From Thermoproteota archaeon (GTDB lineage: Archaea; Asgardarchaeota; Jordiarchaeia; Jordiarchaeales; Freyrarchaeaceae): DNA of 24,805 nucleotides. Position numbers and translations under genes: made by a program. The stretch spans positions 1 through 24,805 of the forward strand of contig JAPDJY010000040.1 in assembly GCA_029258835.1 (NCBI GenBank). Direction: 5' to 3'. Every line of letters starts with the position of its first letter. Positions within the stretch are counted from its first letter, which is position 1. Shown here in pieces: positions 19,030 through 24,805 of this stretch. The notes under the pieces are model-generated. The model was given only the letters and a program-made list of their open reading frames with translations. It was not told the DNA's origin and made no database searches.

Positions 19030-19420
19030 TCGGTTAGCTCCTCCCTCCAGTCATCCCCCTCTCCGGCAGAGCCGTGGTGTCCACCATAGCGCCTTGCTCA
19101 GCAAACACGTTCCCCCCGCAAATCTTAGAACATGTACTTCGCCACCCTTAGCATGGCGAACCCTGTTTCCTACGGGCTCCGACTTTGCGGGTTTACCTGA
19201 TGCAGCTATTAAGGGCTCTCTCAGGGATCCTCCCTTCAAACCCACAACAAGAACTCGTGCAACGTTAGGGTTTTCCACCAAAGCCGGAGAGGCGCCTAGA
19301 ACCCTCAGGAAGCCCTCGCCTAATGTGCCCGCAGCCGTTAATTTTTAGAATTCCCGCCTGCTTACAACGTTACAATGCAACACTTTAAGATTCAACGGTG
19401 ATGAGGGGTTGCGAGGCGGC
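19030..19420 (-). pseudogene. UxaA/GarD (altronate/galactarate/sulfolactate dehydratase-like) fragment
   Basis: Across frames: CNVVSRR, GCGH, LVENPNVARVLVVGL (cf. HPNVGGVLVVGLGCE), IAASGKP. Confidence 0.45.
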
Positions 19421-19509
19421 GGAGCGTCTACTCTTCCTTCCGAATGAAGGGTGAAATGGAGACATTTATTAAGGGGGTTCTCGATGGGAGGGGTGGAGGA
19501 AGAGGGAAA

Positions 19510-20004
19510 TTGGAAGTAAGGTATAAGCCCATAGGCGTTATCCACTCCCCGTTTAAGAGGTTAAGGGGGATTCCAATACAGTCCGTGGCAGCTGAGGGGG
19601 TTCATGGGACGGTTGAAGTGTTCCCCGAATACGCTGAAGGCTTGAAGGATCTTGAAGGATTCTCCCACATCTTCTTAATCTACCACTTCCACATGGTGGG
19701 GAAGCCGTCGTTGAGGGTTAAGCCGTACATGGACGATCAGGAGCGCGGCGTGTTCGCGACGAGGGCTCCCGCCAGGCCGAACCCGATCGGCATCTCGGTG
19801 GTGCGCCTCCTAAAAGTAGAAGGAGTTCTCCTCCAAGTACAGGGCCTAGACGTTGTTGATGGAACCCCACTTTTGGACATTAAGCCGTATGTCCCCCAGT
19901 TCGACTCGAGGAAAGCGGAAAAGATAGGGTGGCTTGAAAACAGGATCCATAAGCTTCACGTGGTGAGGGACGATGAAAGGTTTGCGGGTGCAGCCAGCCG
20001 CTGA
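19510..20004 (+). CDS. trmO: tRNA (t6A37) N6-methyltransferase TrmO/TsaA family
   Basis: PIGVIHSPF, GLKDLEGFSH, RGVFATRAPARPNPIG, LDVVDGTPLLDIKPY. TTG 19510 chosen (TATA-like tttattaa at about 19465); the ORF is open from 19444. Confidence 0.93.
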   Translation: MEVRYKPIGVIHSPFKRLRGIPIQSVAAEGVHGTVEVFPEYAEGLKDLEGFSHIFLIYHFHMVGKPSLRVKPYMDDQERGVFATRAPARPNPIGISVVRLLKVEGVLLQVQGLDVVDGTPLLDIKPYVPQFDSRKAEKIGWLENRIHKLHVVRDDERFAGAASR

Positions 20005-20344
20005 GCGGTCCCGCTGAGCGGGAACGTGGAGGCTTCCGGGAAACCGTAACGTGTTAACTGAACAGTGGTTAGCGGTGTTTGAAGGCTACTGCAGGCAGAA
20101 GACATGTTACGCTCGTACAAGCACCGCAACCTCACCCTGGAAGGGCCGTGAAACCGGTGAAAGGTTTAAAGAAAGGTCTGGCGTTTTTCAGGCTCCTAGG
20201 AGCGTCCATGGTGCCCCACAGTACCTTCCTCGGAGCCGAGGAACCAGCACTCTTATGGCTGTGCTTGGCGGCTTCCTGCGGCTTCCTCAAGGAATGCTGG
20301 TGGGCAGGAAGGCTGTATAGATTTCTATGGGCTGTTGAAGCCTG

Positions 20345-21472
20345 TTAGGCAGAAGGGCTAGGTCGTGTTTTAACGACCGTGCGGGGGGTGTCAGGCTGGG
20401 TAAGTGCATTATCGCGCCTCTTCATCTTCAGCACCGCTCCTATCACCCGCTTGTGCCACCCTCTCCTCCCCATCCACTCGCCGGCCACGTCAGGGTTCAC
20501 CCTTAACACTTCCTCGGCGACCGCCTCTAGGAAGACGTCCTCTACCATCCGCTTCTCCCTCTTCGAAACCTCCACGTCCTCCTCCAGGTATTGGATGACC
20601 TGCTTCAGGTATCCTTCAGGGTTCCTGGCGACGTCCTCTATGGGTGACTCCAGAAGCACCTTCTCCACCTCGAGTTTCACCCTCTCCCTGCTCAGCCGCG
20701 TTTTGGAGACGTCATCCCGCATTACGCTGAACGCCTTCACCTTGAACATTTTTAGCTCACCGCTATAGCAGTGGGCCACGAAGCCCTCGGTTACGACGTC
20801 TCCCGCCTCCACGTTCCTCCTTTCAGCCTCCCACATCAGCCTCCAGACCGCTTCGACGCTAACCTCCTCAACTCCGTGAAGCTTCACGTGCCCTAACCCG
20901 TACTCCCCTGCAAGCTGAATTGACTTCTCAGGGTGAAGCCACCTCCACCCCCCTCTCTCCTCGACCTGGACACCTATCAGGTCGACGTTGAACCCCTCTA
21001 GACCTTCCAGCTCCTCCGCCACCCTCTTATTCACCCTTCCCGCCTTTACGCCCTCCTTCTCAACCTCGCTCCCCCAGACCTCGAACACCGGGGTGAACCC
21101 GTCCCTAACCATTTCCTCAACCTCGCTTAACGGGAACCTAGGCGACTCAATCACCCTCCTCGTTTTTCCCCCGGCAACGGGTAGCAGCCGAGTTTTAGGA
21201 ATCACCCTTCCACGCCACTGGTAGAACAACAGGTTGAACCCGTCCCTCTTCTCGAAAACCCACATTTCATCGAAGCTCTCAAGCTCCCTCCTCAGCTTTC
21301 TGAAAACCCTAAACCTCGGGACGCTTGCGAACTCGAGGGCGTAGCGTAGCTTAGGCATGTTAGGGGTTACGAAGCCGTCGGGAAGAATGCATTTCCCCAT
21401 CCACTCATCACGCTTCATCCACACCCTGCAGACACCCAGCTCACATTTAACCTCACGCCACACCCTGAACAC
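20345..21472 (-). CDS. ATP-dependent RNA ligase (covalent nucleotidyltransferase superfamily), divergent
   Basis: Motif I EKRDGFN, Ia KTR, III FEVWG, IV EGFV, V MFKVK; no OB domain, helical C-terminal domain. Confidence 0.8.
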   Translation of the reverse strand: MFRVWREVKCELGVCRVWMKRDEWMGKCILPDGFVTPNMPKLRYALEFASVPRFRVFRKLRRELESFDEMWVFEKRDGFNLLFYQWRGRVIPKTRLLPVAGGKTRRVIESPRFPLSEVEEMVRDGFTPVFEVWGSEVEKEGVKAGRVNKRVAEELEGLEGFNVDLIGVQVEERGGWRWLHPEKSIQLAGEYGLGHVKLHGVEEVSVEAVWRLMWEAERRNVEAGDVVTEGFVAHCYSGELKMFKVKAFSVMRDDVSKTRLSRERVKLEVEKVLLESPIEDVARNPEGYLKQVIQYLEEDVEVSKREKRMVEDVFLEAVAEEVLRVNPDVAGEWMGRRGWHKRVIGAVLKMKRRDNALTQPDTPRTVVKTRPSPSA

Positions 21473-21660
21473 CTCCCACCGTGAAGCCGCCCGCCTCGGA
21501 CACCGACACCGTTTAAAACGTGCAGCTACACGGGGTCGCCGAATAATAGAACCCTACATGTTTCCATCCACGTTCGGCTAAAAACCCAACAAATCCCTCT
21601 TAAGGTTTGATAGCGGCGCTCAAACCAGCGCCGCCCCTTAACGGTGCGCATTAGTGAAGT

Positions 21661-21684
21661 AAAAGGAGAAAGTTGAAAAAGAAG
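21661..21684 (-). terminator. Oligo-T terminator downstream of thrC
   Basis: Minus strand cttctttttcaactttctcctttt. Confidence 0.45.
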
Positions 21685-21754
21685 ACGTAGCTCATATAGC
21701 ACCATGAACGGTGTGGAAGAGAAAGGGGGACGTCCACCTTAACCATGCAGCCGG

Positions 21755-23004
21755 CTACTCTCCAATTATTTTCTCAAGTTCCTCCATCGTCGGCTTTATG
21801 GTTGGCGGCTCTTCAACGAGCTTTAGCGCCATGTTTAAGTCCTTTAATCCTCCTCCAGTCACAACGCAGACTATAGTGTCCCCCTGTCCATTACACCCTC
21901 TTCCAGGAGCCTTCTAGCCCCCGCGGCTGAAGCAGCCGCCGAGGGCTCGGCGAAGACGCCCTCCATCGCAGCCAGCTCCCTTTCAGCCCTGAGTATCTCG
22001 CCGTCTGAAACGGTGACTGCTTCACCCTTAGACTCCCTTAAGGCCTCCAGAGGCCACGGGCCGGGTACGAGGCCTACCCTTATTCCCTCAGCCACGGTTT
22101 CCGCCTCTATGATGGGCGTCTCAGAGAAGTCCTTGCCCTCCTTGAAGGCTTGAACGAAGAGGGGTGCCCCTTCAGCCTGCACTCCAACCATTCTCGGCAG
22201 CTCGTCTATGAGCCCGATCTCGTGAAACTCCTTAAACCCCTTCCATATCCCTCCCAGGTTGTCTCCTCCCCCAACGGGAACCACGACCCAGTCCGGGGTG
22301 CTCCAGCCCAGCTGCTCACACAACTCGTAAGCTATGGTTTTAGACCCCTCCCCCTGGTAGGGGCTCAGAGCCTTAACGGTTGTCAGCTGGTACCACCCGT
22401 ACCTCCACCCCGCCTGGACAGACAGAACCCCGGCATCCACCACGCCCCCTCAACCCTAATAACCTCTGCTCCGTTCATCAGTATGTGGGCTAGCTTCCCG
22501 AGCGATGCTTCAGCAGGCACCAGTATGTAGCATCCGAGGCTTGCCCTCGCACTGTAAGCCGAGGCAGCTGTGGCAGCGTTGCCGGTTGATGCCAGCACGA
22601 CGGCGTCAACCCCGTACTCTACTGCCTTCGAAATGTTAACGGTGAAGACCCTGTCCTTGAAGCTCCAGGTCGGGTTCACCGACCCATTCTTCAAGTAAAG
22701 GTTCCTCGCTCCAAGCTCAGCGCCATACCTTCTACACCTCGGAGAGGGGTTCCCCCTCACCCATCGTTACAATGTTCGACTCGTCGAGTACGGGTAGCAG
22801 CTCCACGTACCTCCAAACGCCCGGCGGCCTGGCTTCGATCTCCCCCCTGCTCAGCCTCTCCTTAGCATCCTCGTAATCGTACACCACGTCAACCGTCCCG
22901 TGGAAAAGCCCCCTACCCCCACGGCTCTCACAATTGTAAACCACCCTGTCCAAAGGGTACTCTCTCCCACACTCCAAACACTTCAGAGTGGAAGCCGTAC
23001 TCAC
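21755..23004 (-). pseudogene. thrC: Threonine synthase (fold-type II PLP enzyme), split by three frameshifts
   Basis: LKCLECGREY, GVWRYVELLP, MGEG, NPTWSFKDR, ASTGNAA, EGSKTIAYE, PVGGG, VGVQAEG, EGVFAEPSAA, and in a fourth segment TIVCVVTGGGLKD..IIGE* ending at 21755. Confidence 0.9.
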
Positions 23005-23302
23005 CTCACTCAACCCCAAAAGTCTTGGGCAACTTAAACCACCCTCAAGCACCTACTTAAGTGTTTACCTGCATCACCCGGGCTGCACCTCCAACAAGGC
23101 TTCAAGGAAAAGGCTAAAGGACGATGCACGCCCTCACGTAGCCGAGGCGCAGGGGTGCTGGTGGGGGCGGCTCCCGGTGGGAATCGGCTGCTTGCGGGCT
23201 GGCATCCTTCTCCGCGAGAGCGCTCTCTCTTAACGTGAGCGGCCACCCCGCCCTGTGCGGATGCACCATAAGTTTAAAAATGGTTTTTCCTTTTCAGGTG
23301 GA

Positions 23303-24385
23303 ATGGGTGATATGTTGGATCCGTACTCGAAGCTTATGGAGCACTTGGGGTTCCCCGGGTCCGAGCTGCTGAGGAAGATCCTCGTTTTCCTCATGGACGA
23401 GGAGGAGGCTGAGGTGGCTGCCGCGCTCCCCGGGAGCGTGGAGGAGGTTGCTGAGAGGACGGGGAAGCCCGCTGAGAGGGTTAAAGAGATCCTCGACGGC
23501 CTCTTCTTTAAGGGCGTGGCCTTCCCCAAGGACTTTAAGAGGAGGGAGTACTTCCGTTTTGCAAGGGATATAATTCAGCTTCACGACGCTACGCTCGCCA
23601 CGAAGCAGCTTGACCCTGAGAAGGGAAAGGACTACGCTGCCCTCTGGAGGGAGTTCGGGGAGAAGGAGTTCTACGGCAAGTTCGGGGAGCTAATAAACGC
23701 GACGGGGATGAAGGTTTGGAGGGTTGTGCCCGCGTACAAGGCGATCAAGGATCTTCCCGGCGTGCTGCCATGCGAGGACATAAGGGAGATCCTGAAGGCT
23801 AACAGTAAGATCGCCGTTGTGCCGTGTTCCTGCAGGACCGTTTCAAGGTTAACGGGGGAGGGATGCAGGTACACTGATGAGGAGAAGACGTGGCACTGCA
23901 TCCAGGTTGGGCGAGGAGCCGAGTACGTGGTTGAGCGCGGCTCAGGCGTCGAGCTCACCCTTGAAGAGGCCCTTAAGCTGATCGACGAGATAGAGGAGGA
24001 CGGCTTAATACACACCTGGAATAACACGGCTGAGATGAGCGGGAAGGGGCTCACGGTGAACTGCAACTGCTGCAGCGACTGCTGCGAGTTCTTCCTCTTC
24101 TCAAGGGCTGCCAAGCTGCCCCCTGAGAAGTCGCCTCTCGAAAAAAGCAGATACCAGGCGTTCGTGGACGAGGAGAAGTGTGCTGGATGTCAAACCTGCA
24201 TTGAGAGATGCCATTTTGACGCCATCGAAATGTACAGGCCGGAGGGAAGCAGGAAGTACAAGGCGAAGGTTATACCCGAAAACTGCTTCGGGTGCGGCGT
24301 CTGCGTCGTCGGATGCCCGGAGGGCGCGATCAAGCTAAAAGCGGTGAGGCCGCCGGAGCACATACCGGGAGCAGTCTCGGCGTAA
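23303..24385 (+). CDS. Multi-cluster [4Fe-4S] protein with N-terminal winged-helix-like region
   Basis: CSCR..C..C, CNCCSDCC, CAGCQTCIERC and CFGCGVCVVGCP. Start 23303 or 23312 preferred (TTTAAAAA at 23273-23280). Confidence 0.88.
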   Translation: MGDMLDPYSKLMEHLGFPGSELLRKILVFLMDEEEAEVAAALPGSVEEVAERTGKPAERVKEILDGLFFKGVAFPKDFKRREYFRFARDIIQLHDATLATKQLDPEKGKDYAALWREFGEKEFYGKFGELINATGMKVWRVVPAYKAIKDLPGVLPCEDIREILKANSKIAVVPCSCRTVSRLTGEGCRYTDEEKTWHCIQVGRGAEYVVERGSGVELTLEEALKLIDEIEEDGLIHTWNNTAEMSGKGLTVNCNCCSDCCEFFLFSRAAKLPPEKSPLEKSRYQAFVDEEKCAGCQTCIERCHFDAIEMYRPEGSRKYKAKVIPENCFGCGVCVVGCPEGAIKLKAVRPPEHIPGAVSA

Positions 24386-24395
24386 CCACCCAACC

Positions 24396-24415
24396 ACTTT
24401 TTCTTTATCTTCTTT
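24396..24415 (+). terminator. Archaeal oligo-T terminator
   Basis: actttttctttatcttcttt about 10 nt after the stop; same caac(c)cacttttt context as at 7790. Confidence 0.55.
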
Positions 24416-24805
24416 GTAACCCTCCACGTTGCCTCGATAACCCGTCGTTTAACCCGTCTTCCACGAAGGTAGTGTAAACCCAAACCTCCTTCAACTGAAT
24501 GCAGCGTGCTTCACGGCATCCTCTACAACCATCCTCCCTAACCTCAGACCCGGCATAACCCGATTCCGCCCTGTTCCTCCCCGTCGCGAACCTGATCCTA
24601 CCCTCACACGCGGCAGCTTCCAAGTGCCTCATAGCTGCCTTTAACCCGCCCATTTCCCACCTGTAGCCGTTCTAGAGAACGCTTCCGGATCCTATATATT
24701 AGTTGAGCCTGCTTTCTTGTGTGGGTGCTGAAGCGCTGCACGCCGCCGTCTCGGATGGGTGGTGAAGACGGTGCCTGCGCTCCTACCTGCTTAACCATTT
24801 AAAAG

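Noticed and set aside
24405-24805. Minus-strand ORFs at the right edge
   Set aside because: Fragmentary with no family signature; possibly another pseudogene but unsupported.
1-24805. Integrated mobile element or alternative genetic code explaining the broken genes
   Set aside because: No integrase, transposase, att site or terminal repeats seen. Lesions are mostly frameshifts and deletions with mixed stop types, and intact genes end in TAA, TAG and TGA.

Overview
Archaeal-type chromosomal region (TATA-like boxes close to starts, oligo-T terminators, GTG/TTG starts, F420 and tungstopterin enzymes), probably from a thermophilic anaerobic heterotroph. An Asgard (Jord-/Freyarchaeia-like) source is a guess from gene content only. 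About 14 apparently intact genes: an RHH regulator plus retropepsin-like aspartic protease pair (the protease is missing from the ORF track and runs off the left edge), a heptad-repeat membrane-anchored coiled-coil protein, an alpha/beta hydrolase, an F420-dependent LLM oxidoreductase, an ADP-forming acyl-CoA synthetase alpha subunit, an HD hydrolase, a divergent AOR/WOR-family enzyme plus ferredoxin, a DUF6125/ATC-hydrolase-like protein, a putative metal-dependent hydrolase, TrmO, a divergent ATP-dependent RNA ligase and a multi-[4Fe-4S] protein. These cover only about 45-50% of the window. Much of the rest is decayed genes recognised by eye across frameshifts and stops: LMW-PTP, multi-OB RPA, carboxylesterase, SCP2, truncated CCG oxidoreductase, DUF488, amidohydrolase, UxaA-like, surface proteins and threonine synthase. 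No rRNA, tRNA, CRISPR array or transposase was recognised. All family calls rest on motif recognition, not database searches; pseudogene boundaries are approximate.
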